From the human T2T-CHM13v2.0 reference genome, Homo sapiens: DNA of 64,000 nucleotides. The translations under genes and the position numbers were made by a program. The stretch is from the NCBI RefSeq assembly GCF_009914755.1, contig NC_060934.1, one strand, 5' to 3'. Below are positions 26,001 to 39,302 of the stretch, one piece after another (the first letter of the stretch is position 1; each line of letters opens with the position of its first letter). The notes beneath the pieces are model-generated. The model had not been told where the DNA came from, did not search any database, and saw only the letters and a program-made list of their open reading frames with translations.

Positions 26001-29000
26001 TTTAATGCCTATTTGTGAGTGAGTGTGTGTGGCAGAAAGGATCCAGAGTAGATGACTGGTGAAATTAGATGTTTAGGCAATGTCTTCACATTTAAGATCA
26101 TTGTCAAGGAGAAAATTTTGAAATGTATTTTGTCATCAGAAATAATCCAGGGACACGTAGAGCCAAGGCCTGAGCCAGAGAAGAGGTATTTATACTTTGA
26201 TTCAAGGAACATGAAATTAACCAGGAAAAACTGAAAAGCAATTTAATCCTTAGCCTTTATAGGAGTAACCTTGTTGGGTTTGGTGGATGTGATGGAAAGA
26301 ATGAAGGGCAGGTATTGAGCACAGCTAGGTATGATTCTCTTTTTGCCATCTTCCATTTTAGTGACCTTGAGCAAGCTGGTTCAGCTTGGGGTAGGGGATT
26401 TTGTATCCACAGTAGCAGAGTGAAGAATTATATGGAATCACTTTTTTGCACCCTTCAGATTCTAAAACACAAAAGTTTTTGCATTGTCTACCCTGATACT
26501 GAAAATTATTGATACCCTTGATTTAACATTTATATTCTATCTTATTTTGTATTTTGCACATTGATCATTCATTTATTCAGCCCCTGTTTGTTTGGGGTAT
26601 GCTTTGAGCTCACTGTGTGACTTTTTTCCTTAATTAAAATTAGTCTGGGAGAGAATGTATTTGCCTCCTGGAATTCTCAGAATTCTAGCAAGGTGCCCTA
26701 AACATCATAAGCACACATCAGCACTGTTCATATTGATTATCATGGTACAGTAGTGTATCAAATGCCACCTGAAGTTGAGTGCTGCAAATATGAGAAAACC
26801 TCCGTAAAATCAGCCCTCAATAACTTTTCTAGGGAATGTGCCTTAAAAAAAAAGGTACTGGACTGTGTGCTGAGAAAACTGTAAATATGAGTAAAATGAT
26901 CCCTGCCTTCAGGAAGTTTACCAACAAGGGCACAAGCAACCATTGTAGAATTGCTTGTGGCCTTATTGATATACAGGCTAAGGATTAAAAAATTATAATC
27001 CCAGGGATGAAAAGCTTTAGCAGTTATTTAGTCCAACTCTCCACACACATTGAGTCCCCGTTACAACAGCCCACCAAATGGTTGTCTGGCATCTTCTTGA
27101 ACACTTCAGTGGCTGTGAACTCAAACTGCTCATTCTGCTCGTGGTAGAATGACAGGCTCTCAATTTTTGTGTAGAAGGAAGTGTCTTGCTGAAGAGCAAA
27201 GGTCTTTTCTAGGCTGAGGAAAAGCCAAGGAGGTCATCTTGGAGATAAAAATCTGGAAAGTGGAAGTATATGGGAACAGACCTCAAAGGTCCTTTGTTGG
27301 AGCAAAGTTACAGAAGTACAAAAGCCAAGGCACGTGGTAGGAACATTAAGTAGTCTAGCTTGGTCATTTGGCAGTGACAGGTTGAGAATAGGGAACAGTG
27401 AAATTGTTAAAGATAGACTGGGACTATAATTTGGAGGACCTTGAGTGCCCTCTACTTCTGGGGTACATAACGGCCCTATTGAAAACCCTAATTCTATATC
27501 CAATAGGTGGCTCATTGAGTAAATCACTGTTAGCAGTCAGATCTGATGTGTTCCCCAAATCCACATCCTTTATACTCACCTGGACAACTACCATTCCCCC
27601 AACCCCCCCATCATCCATGAATTTTCTTCAGTTCAAAGAGACATGGTTAAAGCAGGAATTATGAAAAGGGCCCTCTGCTGGCCTTATTTCCATGTAGATC
27701 TATTTTATATGCATAATAACCCTAAGGGGAAGCTGTGTCAATCTGCCTTACCTGACAGACCCCTAAATCCTCCCAATGCTGCCTCCACTATTGGACATGT
27801 GCCAAGTGGCTTGCAACCTCAAAGAGAGAAAGCATCCTGATTTTTTGTGTGTAGGAAGGTGGGGGGCAGTGATAAACAGGTCTTGGCCTGTTATTGTCTT
27901 CCTGCATGATAATGAACCCATCACTAGCACAGGAATTTAATGCAATGATTTTTCCAAGAACCATCCAGCCCCATTGTAGCCCTGCCTGAAAATGTAAATA
28001 CACCCTTTCTGGGGACAGATTTGCATTTTTTGGTGAAAGAAATGCATATATATGGCAAAGATGCCTCTGTAATTATAGAAAGTTTATTTCTGTCCCCAGA
28101 TGTCAGCAATCAAATTCCACATAAATATATTTTGTGTAAATCTGTCGGCAGCTGGTCTCCATTCAGGTTTCTGGAGATATTAGCCTGTCTTTGAGTTTAT
28201 GACAAAGTTAAAAATTATTCATTAAACTGACCTGCAGTATATTCAGTAACTGGAAAATTGCCTTGCAGTTCTATTTGGTTTGTAGATGTGATCACAAGTA
28301 AATTTTTAACTTAATTAATTGGCCGTTTCTGTTGACAAGAAATTTATGTGGTAATAATTTGCTCGAAATAGATGCCGACTGTAGGAAATGAGATATCCAT
28401 CATAGGCTTGTGTTCCACCAGCTGCACAGTGGCTATTATGAAAGTATTTCAGCCTGCGTCGACCCCAGTGTTTGTGCAGTCAAGATTATATATACCCACG
28501 ATCCATAGCCTGCCAGAGAGGCGCTGGTGGAGGTCTATGATAACAAAGACTTTGTGATTTATGGCTTGCTGTGAAAGCAGAGCTTGATGAGATTAAACAA
28601 TTTCATAGCACAAGTGTTTCTCAAGACCTGATTTGTAGTTGCAAGCTGATGGTAAATCACATTTATATATCTGCAAGCGTGCTCAGCAGAGGACTGCAAT
28701 TACAGTTTAAGACAGCTACTTTTTATTTAATTTTTATCCTGGTTTTGTCTCTTTTATATCCCCTTCGTCTGCAAACCATTCACCTTCACAAGTCCTTTCC
28801 TGGTTAGAAGGCCAAAGATTGAAGTCAATGATGTTCTTCGTGTCTTTGTGCCAGCTTCAGAGGGAGGTCCGGCAGATTTCAGAGCCGTGCAGACTGGTTC
28901 AAACTGGCTCTGACTGGTGTGAGCTCTTTGTTCAATTTCATGTCCAAACAGAAGTCTGTTTGCTATTTTCCCTTGGTGTGTTGCTGATACTTAAACTTCT

Positions 29001-29589
29001 TGGTATACAGAGGGAGAAAGAGGGGTCTTCATCATCCTGGGATATAGGGAACTGTGGAGCACATAATGGAAAAGGGAGATGAGGACTAAATTCACTTTAG
29101 AACCTCAACTTCAAGGTTGCAGCATATCTTAGGGTGTACAGTTAGCTCCCCTTTAATGGGAAATGTGAAATTGTGTTTCCCCACAGATCTGGGAGGAATA
29201 AACTCTGCAATGAGTTTATTTAACCAGTTTATTGATTATCTACTGTGGCCACATGTCTTCACTGAGTACTAGTACAGCAGTATTTGCCCTCAGGCAGTTT
29301 GTAATCTACATATGGTGCTAAAACATAAAAATAAGATTGGAAGCAGCAAGATCAGTGATAGCCTTACACGAGTGGTGCACCTGTTGTTGGAGGTCAGAAG
29401 GAAAGGGAGATAGAGTTCTTCCCACTGGGAAAGCATGAAGGAGCATGAATGAGACAAGTGCTTGAGGGACAGATCGGATTTCAAGTAAGGGGAAGAGGAA
29501 GTTCTGGAAATTTCAGTGATCTGTACTGAAGGAGGCCTCTAAAATACTCAGGTGTGAGTTCAAGTCCAGGCTGGGTGGCCAGTGATTGA

Positions 29590-29850
29590 ATAATTATAAT
29601 AATAACATAATAATAACATCGATTGAATGCTTACTATATACAACAAAGAGTGCTATATAGGTATTATCTCATTAATCCTCATAACAACCCCAGAAAGGGA
29701 GTATTATTGTGATCTCCATTTGGGGAACAGGAAATTGAGGTTCAGAGAGGTTAAGTAATTTGATCATGTTCATCCAGGTGTTTGGTTGAGCTGGTTCAAC
29801 CAATACCCTGGTGTATTTCACCCCACAGCCTGTGTTCTTTGCCACTGTGT
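29590..29850 (-). mobile_element. MIR
   Basis: attaatcctcataacaaccc...ggaaattgaggttcagagaggttaagtaattt. Confidence 0.75.
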
Positions 29851-29859
29851 TTCACTGCT

Positions 29860-29993
29860 TTTCTTTTTCTTTTTAAATGGAGAGGAGGTCTCACTCTATT
29901 GCCCAGGCTGATCTTGAACTCCTTGGTTCAAGTGATCTGCCAGCCTCAGCCTCCCAAACAGTTGGGACTACAGGCATGCACCACCACCACACC
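29860..29993 (-). mobile_element. FLAM (Alu monomer)
   Basis: Single arm: ggtctcactctattgcccaggctgatcttgaactcc...caggcatgcaccacc. Confidence 0.8.
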
Positions 29994-30141
29994 TTTCTTG
30001 TTTTACTGCTGTTAGACAGAGAATATGAATGTAATTAGGGAGGCAATTCCACTGTTCTGCATCCTGGTCACATCTTCAAGAGCTCAGGTCATTTCTTTTT
30101 CCACGAAAGTACCTAAAGTTTGGGATGTTATTTTTGGTCTT

Positions 30142-30598
30142 TGTGATAGGCTGAATAACAATCATCCGAATATGTCCATGTCCTAATTCTTAGAAACTGG
30201 GATTACCTTATATGGCAAAAGGGACTTTGCAGGTGTGATTAAAAAATCATAAATTGTGGAGGTTATTCTGCATTATCCAGGTGGGCCTGAGGTAAGCACA
30301 ACGGTTCCGAAGAGGACTCAGGGAAGTCAGAGTCAGGGGAGAAGGAGATGTGATGAAGCAAGCAGAGATTGGAGCAATGTGCTTTTGAAAATGGAGCCAG
30401 GGGTGCAAGACAGGGAACACAGGCAGCCACTAGGAGCTGGGAAAGGCAAGGAAACGTGTTCTCCCCTCACCTCAATTTTGCCTCTATAGGGCCTTTTTCA
30501 GACATCTGACCTCCAGAACTCTAAGACAATGAACTTGTGTTGTTTGAAGCTGCTAAGTTCATGTGAACTTGTTACAGCAGCACTGGGAAACTGATTCT
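30142..30598 (+). mobile_element. MLT1D-like solo LTR
   Basis: tgtgataggctgaataa...ggcaaaagggactttgcaggtgtgatt...gacctccagaact...gttacagcagcactgggaaactga. Confidence 0.85.
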
Positions 30599-30688
30599 GT
30601 CTTGCAAATTCCAACCAGCTTGACAGAGAGTTTAACCCTGATTTTGAAATCTTGGGTTTTTTTTGTATTATTTGTTTAAGATAGGGAC

Positions 30689-31051
30689 TGATATGGTTTG
30701 ACTGTGTCCCACCCAAATCTCATCTTGAATTGTGGCTCCCATAATCCCCAGGTGTTGTGGTAGGGACCCAGCGGGAGGTAATTGAATCTTGAGGGTGGAT
30801 TTTTCCCATATTGTTCTCATGATAGTGAATAACTCTCATGAGATCTGCTGGTTTTATAAAGGGCAGTTCCCCTGCACATGCTTTCTTGCCTGCCACCATG
30901 TAAGACATGCCTTTGCTCCTCCTTCACCTTCCACCATGATTGTGAGGCCTCCCCATCCATGTGGAAATGTGAGTCCATCAAACCTCTTTTTCTTTATAAA
31001 TTACCCAGTCTCAAGTATGTCTTTGTTAGCAGTATGAGAATAGATAATACA
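30689..31051 (+). mobile_element. THE1C-like solo LTR
   Basis: tgatatggtttg...taataca termini; 5-bp TSD gggac/gggat. Confidence 0.93.
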
Positions 31052-31084
31052 GGGATGCTTTTTGATTTCCATGTTTCCCCATTC

Positions 31085-31205
31085 TCCCCTCTTTTGTAGC
31101 CATAAGGGAAGTGATCATGTCTGTTTCATTCACTCATGAATCTCTGATGCCTAGTATGGTATATGGTATGCAGTAGGCACTCATTAAATATTTGTTAAAT
31201 GAGTC
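31085..31205 (+). mobile_element. L2 3' end
   Basis: tgcctagtatgg...cagtaggcactcattaaatatttgttaaatga. Confidence 0.65.
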
Positions 31206-32309
31206 AAGGAGATTACTTCATCCTATTTCCAGGATATAGTTGGCCAATCTGTCTGGAATTCAGTTTTTTCCACAACTCAACCAGCAAATGTCATAGCTTG
31301 CTCTTTATGAAGTCACAAAGGGAGTAGTCAGGCACTCTACTTACAGTTGTCTGCAAACTTGGATATCTCAGTGGAGGGAGGGGGCAGTAAGGCCTTAGGA
31401 AAGCCGAGGCTGGCTGAAGAATCTCTAATAAGTCAATGTGAGTGGCTAATTGTGCTAAATATTAAAAAAAAAAATAGATGTAACCCTTTATCCTGATAGC
31501 AGGAAGGTAGGAGGGTTTAATAAAAAGCATATTGTCTCTGAGACCCTCACATGTTTTCATGCCCGCATTGGCTTTTTGTCTTTTATGTGATAGGTAGGTA
31601 GGGAGTGTTTTCTACCTATGTATTATTCCAGGTTTTATGCCCCTGAGGGTCTTTTAGCTGGAGACTTATAGGCATAGTCCACTCCACTGAGTACAGATGT
31701 TAAAGTTGCCAATGAAGCTCTTTATGAGGGATGGAGACAGGCCAGTATCTTTGGCCTGGATTCTAGAGACCTGGTTTGAAAATCCTGGGAAAGCTGAGAG
31801 CTTCGTTTCTCCCTCTAGAGTACTAGTGTATTAGCCTCCCAATAAAAGTTAATTGAATTTAATTTTATGTTTTAAGTGTGATGCATTTTAAAGTTCTCCC
31901 CAGTGCTAGAGTCCCTCTTGAAAAGGCAGTAAATTCATATTATTAAACTACCAAATGTAATTCAGCTCAAATAAGCATATTCGGCAATCTTTATTCTGGA
32001 TATGTGGGACTGACCTTGCGTTGAGGCTAAATCATTTCATCCCAGACAAAGTCTGTTTGGAGTTAATTGGGGAAGCAGTGTGGGTGTACAGCAGGTCACT
32101 CTGGGCTTTTTATTCTCTTTCTGGCCCTCATTCAAAGAGTCGCTGTAGCATACATTTTCTGATGCCAGTTCTTCCATTATTTTATAAATATCAATATTTG
32201 ACACAGTATGGAAGGTGAAAAAGACAATGAAGATCTTCCCGCTGGAGATTCTTCATTAGATGCCCTACTTTACCATATTTTAAAATGGGCAGTTTGTCAC
32301 CGATGCATT

Positions 32310-32640
32310 AAAGGGCTGTGCGGAGTGGAGAAAGCACATTGGGCTGGAAATCAGATGACCTGGATTCTAACCCCTGCCTGTCCATTAACCAACCCGGTGA
32401 CCCCGGGCTTTTCTAGTCTTGGGGCCTTCATTGTTCCACATTTTTAAAGTGAGAGGGTTGTGAAAGAACAGTGGTTTTCAAACTGCATTTCAAGAGGTAC
32501 GAATATTTTGTCACTGTATCTTAGCAGCTCTGCTGAGTGACCAGAGAGGGGATGGGGTGAGCAGCAGTTAAGGATGAGACCAGCTGATGGGCTTCAGGCT
32601 CTCAGACTCCCACCCCTTTGTGCAGAGTAGCTCACTTCAA
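32310..32640 (+). mobile_element. MIR followed by a hAT-Charlie (MER102-like) end
   Basis: MIR core to about 32465, then cagtggttttcaaactg TIR-like start. Confidence 0.5.
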
Positions 32641-34160
32641 TAGCAAAAATCAACCCACCATGGCCTAGGAAAGCTTCAAAGATTCTGCCAAACACTTTAG
32701 GTGTCTAAGATATTTGGGGCAATTTCTCCCTAAAGTTTGTCAAGGCAGATGTTGGATCAAGCACAATGAATTGAGTCATCCATTCTTTTGGGAGTAGAAA
32801 TAACTTAAAGGATTTGTTTATTCAGATTTGCTGATTTGTCCAGAGTTTTAATGTTTTTCCAAATTTGTTTCTCCAAATCCTAGCTTTGCCAGCCCATAAT
32901 GTCATAGCAGCTCTGAGCATCTTGACATGGGGGATCTATAGTGGTAAAAGCAGGCTGGCATCCTCTTCTCAAATGTCTAGCACTCTCTTTACTATTATTT
33001 TATGTACCTCAAACTTTATTATTATGTCCTCTATTATTAATGGCAGAGACAATGATATAATTATTTATGCTGGAACTCATGCTTTTGAATTTATTGGATA
33101 GAGATCTTCTGAAACTAGAAGATATAACATATACTAAATGTCCCCTCTTATCCCTAAGGGATTTCTTTTGTCTGAAACCTCCTGTTTCACTTATCTCTAC
33201 ATTTTGGTGGTGAATCTGGTTGTGGCTTCTTTATTTGCCATCTGCCTGCCCCACTCTCAGCATACAGGTGGCTGTGGACTATCTTTATTCATGTAATCTT
33301 AGTTTTGTTTCTATCTAAACATCCCATTTGTCAAGGGCCAGACCAGATTTCATCCTTATAGGAATTCCTGCCCAGCCACTCTAGATTCCACAAAGATCCT
33401 GTTCTGAATTCCTTCAGAACCTAATTGGGACCAAAAATGCTCCTACTGTATAACACAGTGTCTTATACTATTCATTATTGGTTTATTTTTCTTAATCTAA
33501 CTTGGCTCTAATCAATTTGAGGACAGAGATCCTGCAATTCTTTGGTATCTTCTGTAGTGGTAGATATTTAACATAATAACAAAAGTATTTATTATAATAA
33601 AATAATATTTATGCCAGCCTGCTCCTGTTAGGAAAGGCAATGCATTCTTAGTGAGTGGAAATAAGGTGTGTTTTGTTTGGTCCACTTTTTAACATTGTAT
33701 TCATAAACACTCTCTGGCAACACCATCATTAATTCATTTCCAAGAGGAAAAAAAGTTCTTGCTAAAAATAAAATTCTGTTCCATAAACTCTGTAAAAAGA
33801 CCAGCAAACAAACAAGTCTCCTCTGGAGGAACCACAGCCACACCAGGCCCTTCAGATCTAATAAGAACCTTAATTCCATTTGAATATCTTTGTTGTGCTG
33901 CACTACGTGGTTTGGGATTCATTTTGCATTAGAGAAATGACAAAGACCCAGAAAACAAGCACTGAGTCAGGACTGGTTTCAAAGAGCTCAGCTTCTTCGT
34001 TTAATTTCCAGTTCATTTATTTGAGTACTGTCAAAAACCAAAATTTCAACATATTTAGGTTAACAATATAATGGCCTTTTATTAGTGATTCATGAACTAG
34101 GCAGCATCTTAATCTAAAAATAGAAGTGCTTTGTTGGAAATGGAAAAAAGTCAGTTTTTG

Positions 34161-34608
34161 AAAAATAACAGATGCTGATGAGGTTGTGGAGGAAAGGGAA
34201 TGCTTATACACTGCTTGTAAATTAGTTCAGCCATTGTTGAAAGCAGTTCGGCAATTTCTGAAAAAACTTAAAACAGAATTACCATTTGACCCAACAATCC
34301 CATTATTGGGTATATACCTAAAGGAATATAAATCATTCTACTATAAAAGACACATGCATGTGTGTGTTCATCTCAGCACATTTCATAATAGCAAAGATAT
34401 GGAATGGAACCTAAATGCCCATCAACAGTAGACTGGATAAAGAAAATGTGGCACATACCCACTATGGAATACTATGCAGCCACAGGCATGGGCAAAGATT
34501 TCATGGTGAAGACGCCAAAAGCAATTGAAACAAAAGCAAAAATTGACAAATGGGATATAATTAAACTAAAGAGCTTCTTCACAGCAAAAGAAACTATCAT
34601 CAGAGTGA
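34161..34608 (+). mobile_element. Primate L1 (old L1PA-like) ORF2 fragments in permuted order
   Basis: ELPFDPTIPLLGIY...[16 protein letters not shown] followed by [13 protein letters not shown]...AKETIIRV, which normally lies upstream in ORF2. Confidence 0.9.
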
Positions 34609-34693
34609 CTCCATTTTGGTTTGGTCTGTTCTGTTGGGGCCTAGTGCAGGAGCTCAGTCTAAAAGCATGGCTTCCCATAAATTTTATTTAACA
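34603..34693 (-). mobile_element. ERV1 LTR terminal fragment (MER39/MER34-like)
   Basis: Minus strand TGTTAAATAAAATTTATGGGAAGCCATGCTTTTAGACTGAGCTCCTGCACTAGGCCCCAAC...AAAATGGAGTCACTC matches recalled MER39 5' end. Confidence 0.7.
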
Positions 34694-36429
34694 GTAGAAT
34701 TCTTCAGTACTACTATAATTCTTTTTAAATGCTATGACCAGATTTGCACCTCCAACCCCAAACCCCTCAATGTTAGTTACTACAATATAAGGAGAAACTG
34801 TGGTTTCCGTAGGAGAAAGGAAGAGATTCTTGGAAAATTGCTTGGGATGTACAAAACCAGAGCCAATCAGTCAATCAGAAAACATGATGGAGGGCCAGCC
34901 CCTTGCAAATCAAATGAAGCCTTGCTCTCTGCCCATGATGATAAAGATTATGTTACAAGAACAGTTTCCTCCAATAAAGTAGTAGTTATGGAAACAAACA
35001 AACATAAAAGATATTTAATATGTTCATTCCACAAGGGTTTATTCAATAATTTAATGAATGAATAATTTATTAATGGTTTGCCCAAACCAAGGGCAAGGAC
35101 ATATTACAGTGGAAGGTGGAGGTGGGATGTTGGATTTGCATAAGATTAGAGAACATTGATGGTATCTTTCTCTAGGAAGGACAAACTTGGCCTGTGTGGT
35201 GCTGAAGCAGATATTTCCAGAGCCTTCCTCAATGAGGGGGAAATTCGGAGAAAAGAAACAAAAAGTGGACTTGGACTTTACTGAATTGTTTCCCATTCCC
35301 AAGTTTTTAATATGTACAGACAGAAAAATAGACAGTCTCTTTTTGACACCCTAAGTTGTACCTGCCAAATCATCAGAGTGGCAGAATTGGCCTCTGAGAA
35401 TGTGAGGTCGCCTTCTTTTATGACTATTTCCAATGTTATTTTTTTCAACATCTCCTCCTTAGTGTTTGTAATGCAGAGAACACTTAAAGTGCTCCACAGA
35501 CATGGAGCATTTCCATTACCCTATGCAGTATTACAGGAAGTAGTTTATAAGGAGTTCAATATTAGGAAGAGTTATCTAATAAAACGCATTGTCTAATCTC
35601 CCTATTACAGGCGATATTTGGATAGATTCTGGTTAACTATAGTCTGGCATTTTCAGGAATACATTTATGTGTACGGTGAGGCATTGGGCTTGGTGTCTTC
35701 CAATTCCATACATGTAGCAAAAACCTGGTGGCTGTTTCTCAAATGTGCCTCATAACTGACCAGGCAAAATGGATCAGTAATTGTCCTGATGAATTGCCCT
35801 TTAATTACCCTCTTTCAAACCAATCCTTTTCGAGCATCTGATGGTGCCAGGTTATTGACTTCATGTCTTTAGGTTTGGACACTTTTTGGGCAGGATTATT
35901 CCGAAGAACCACGATCATCTAGAGGAAAACAGAGGAAGTTTCACTGTTGATTCTGAGAGAAGAATTTTGAGGGGGAGCATTTACATCAGGTTCTCCAATG
36001 CCTGCAAGGCTTCTGCATTTCTAGTCCCAACAAATTCTTCAAAATTTTTAGGACAAGATTAAATTGTAACCACTATTAACTGTGTGCCTAGGTCCATATT
36101 CATGCATACCTATCCCTGCCTACTTTGGCAGAATGAGTTACCAGTGTATGTAGCAGAATAAAACAGACTTTTAGGGTATCCTAAATACTCCCAAACTTTA
36201 TTGTTACAATCTCTTTAATGGGCCTTATCCTTCAGGTGAGTCAGCTGGTTTAAAGAGTTACGTAAGGTACATTAGCCCTTAAACATATTTCCCAAAATGC
36301 TCAATTCTGAAAGGAATTTATTTCCTTGTTAAGACTGAGTTGAAAAGCATGGGTCTGCAGCAAGACTGAATTATTTATATTAGTGATTTCTTATGACAAT
36401 CTTATAAGTAACTGTACAATTTAGGTTTA

Positions 36430-36944
<515 letters not shown>

Positions 36945-37928
36945 TAGTTTCAGATGTAAATTAATGTTGACCTCTAATTAAAATCTTTCAATTTATATAT
37001 AATAGCTCAAAGAAGAGCGAGTACCATGACACTTTAGATGATGGTTTCAAAATGACGGGTTTTGGGAGCACTTTTCTTTGGTACTTCAGCCTGATCCTCC
37101 AAAAAGGAAACAAGGATTTATTTTTGCTCAAGGAGCGGTCAATGAGTGTTACTGCAAAATGAATCTGAAGTTTTTCTCTGTCTTAGGAGGGATGCAACAT
37201 TCACAATTTCTACTTGTCTGTCTGCTGTCTTCACCCTCCCTCCTCCCTGTCTTTCACTGTTGGGTCTCAAAATAAATAACACAGACACTTCATCTTTAAC
37301 TTCAGATAATCAGAGTCACAATCATCTGGGATATTGTGATGAACAATGTACATTTCATACACATGATGTCATAATAATTTAAAATGTCATCTCAATCTAT
37401 TTATGATCTTCTAATGACTGAAATGTTTTACAATTGTGGGGGATATTTTATAACTGAAGTTTTAATGGCTGAATCACTAACACCTGGCTGTCTGGAATGC
37501 TTTTCTTTCTCCTAGTTAGGCATTTAAATGCATTTCTGGAAGGCCCAAGGGGTGGGATGTGACATATAAGCTCTTAAAAGGAGGAAAATTAGTTCTTGAT
37601 ACCTTAATGATCAGTCAGGTGAACGTTTGCATACTTAGCATTAATGCTCTTAAGTGGAATAGCTTGATTAAGACCCTTGGTAGGATTTTTTTTTTCTTTA
37701 AACATCCTTCTATGTGAGATTACAGAGGGAAATGCTGCTATTATGCCCATCCCTTAAAAAAGATCTTAGATTTTTCTTAAGTGTTTTATTTTCTAACTCT
37801 ATTGTTTTCACTACTTTTTAGTTTTCTATCTTTGGTTTCTAAGACAATCAAGTTACCTCTTTATTGAGAATTTAGTGTATATTTTCATTTTGCTGGGCTA
37901 ATATGTATATACAGATTATATATACACC

Positions 37929-37976
37929 CACACGTGCACACACACACACACACGTGCACACACACACACACACACA
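37929..37976. repeat. (CA)n tract with two CACGTG interruptions
   Basis: cacgtgcacacacacacaca duplicated at 37931 and 37951. Confidence 0.9.
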
Positions 37977-38199
37977 AATTCTTGTCCCTGGATGAGCATA
38001 CAGTTGCTTAAAGAAGACCAGACATATACACATGAAAATGTCAGTGAACCATACAAGTCAATGTATAATTAAGCCCATAGCAGGCCCCCGGTGGATGTTT
38101 ACTAATGATGATAGTGGCACTAAATTATCTGGTGCAGGCCAAGAGAGGTCAGTACAAGGTTGCCCAGAGGCCTGCATTAAACAATCACTGAGATAAAGA

Positions 38200-38450
38200 T
38201 GCATTTTAGTTCCTCCTATCTGTACAACATATATTAATATATAGCCTTCCAATGCAACATCCCACTTAATTTCCATAGTAATCCACTGAAGGAATTCGAG
38301 GTGTATATCCACAGTTTGGCAGAAGGGAAAATAAAGGCTTAGAGCCATCAGATCACTTGCACAACCAAGCTCACAGAGCTGGGTGGTGACGGAGCAGAGC
38401 CTGGACTCCACATCCTTGGGACCCTAGTCTGCTTTTTTACCCCACCATGT
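38200..38450 (-). mobile_element. MIR
   Basis: gaaaataaaggcttagag...cacagagctgggtggtgacggagcag. Confidence 0.6.
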
Positions 38451-38994
38451 TGCTTCCAGTTCACAGGGTTTCTAGCAGAGTCTCTTTAGGCTAAATTGTT
38501 GCCTTGAATGGGCAATTTGCTTGAAATGTAGCTGGATGTGCAGCATCTTTGCTCATGTTGTAGCCAGGAATATAATGGCAAATCTCTGTATATTTGTTTC
38601 CAATGAAGATTGACTACACTGATGAAATAATGATAGGCTTTACTTCCATTTTTATCAACTAATGGTGTTTCTGGTGACAAGTCCCCATGATACTACTTTA
38701 TGACTCTTTATGCACACGCTTGTGTCGCTCCTGCATTCTAGATAGATTGGGCTGATGTTACACAGGCCTGCTTTGACTGACACCAGAAAGCCGTGTGACA
38801 ATTGGCTTGTAGATTGGACAGTTAATATAGAGAAGTGTCATACTATCCCAATTGGGCATTAAGATGCCATAGACATGGCTAAACAGGGTGGCTCCATCTG
38901 TGAACAAAAGGCCACTCTGAAATGTCAGAAACCAAATAACTAGGACTGCTGTGCTTGCAAATTTGCAAAATGGGGAAACAGTGTGTGTATTTAA

Positions 38995-39302
38995 TTATTT
39001 ATTTATTTATGATGGATTCTTGCTCTGTCACCCAGTCTGTAATGCAGCAGCACAATCTCGGCTCGGCTCACTGCAAGCTCCACCTCCCGCCTCCCAGGTT
39101 CATGCAATTCTCTTGCCTCAGCTTCCCAAGTAGCTGGGACTATAGGCATGTGCCACCACACCTGGCTAATTTTTGTGTTTTTAGTAAAGTCATTGTTTTG
39201 CCATGTTGGCCAAGCTGTTTTTAAACTCCTGGCCTCAAGTGATCTGCCCACCTCGGCCTCCCAAAGTGCTGGAATTACAGGTCTGACCCACCATGCCCAG
39301 CC
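38995..39302 (-). mobile_element. Alu (old AluJb/Sz-like)
   Basis: (TTTA)n tail; reverse Alu body ending catgcccagcc. Confidence 0.9.

Noticed and set aside
34616-35065. 149-aa ORF
   Set aside because: Begins inside an LTR fragment at a non-ATG start; no recognisable homology or exon structure.
36233-36241. Consensus splice donor CAG|GTGAGT (others near 8850 and 23785)
   Set aside because: Isolated donors without a supportable acceptor or reading frame.
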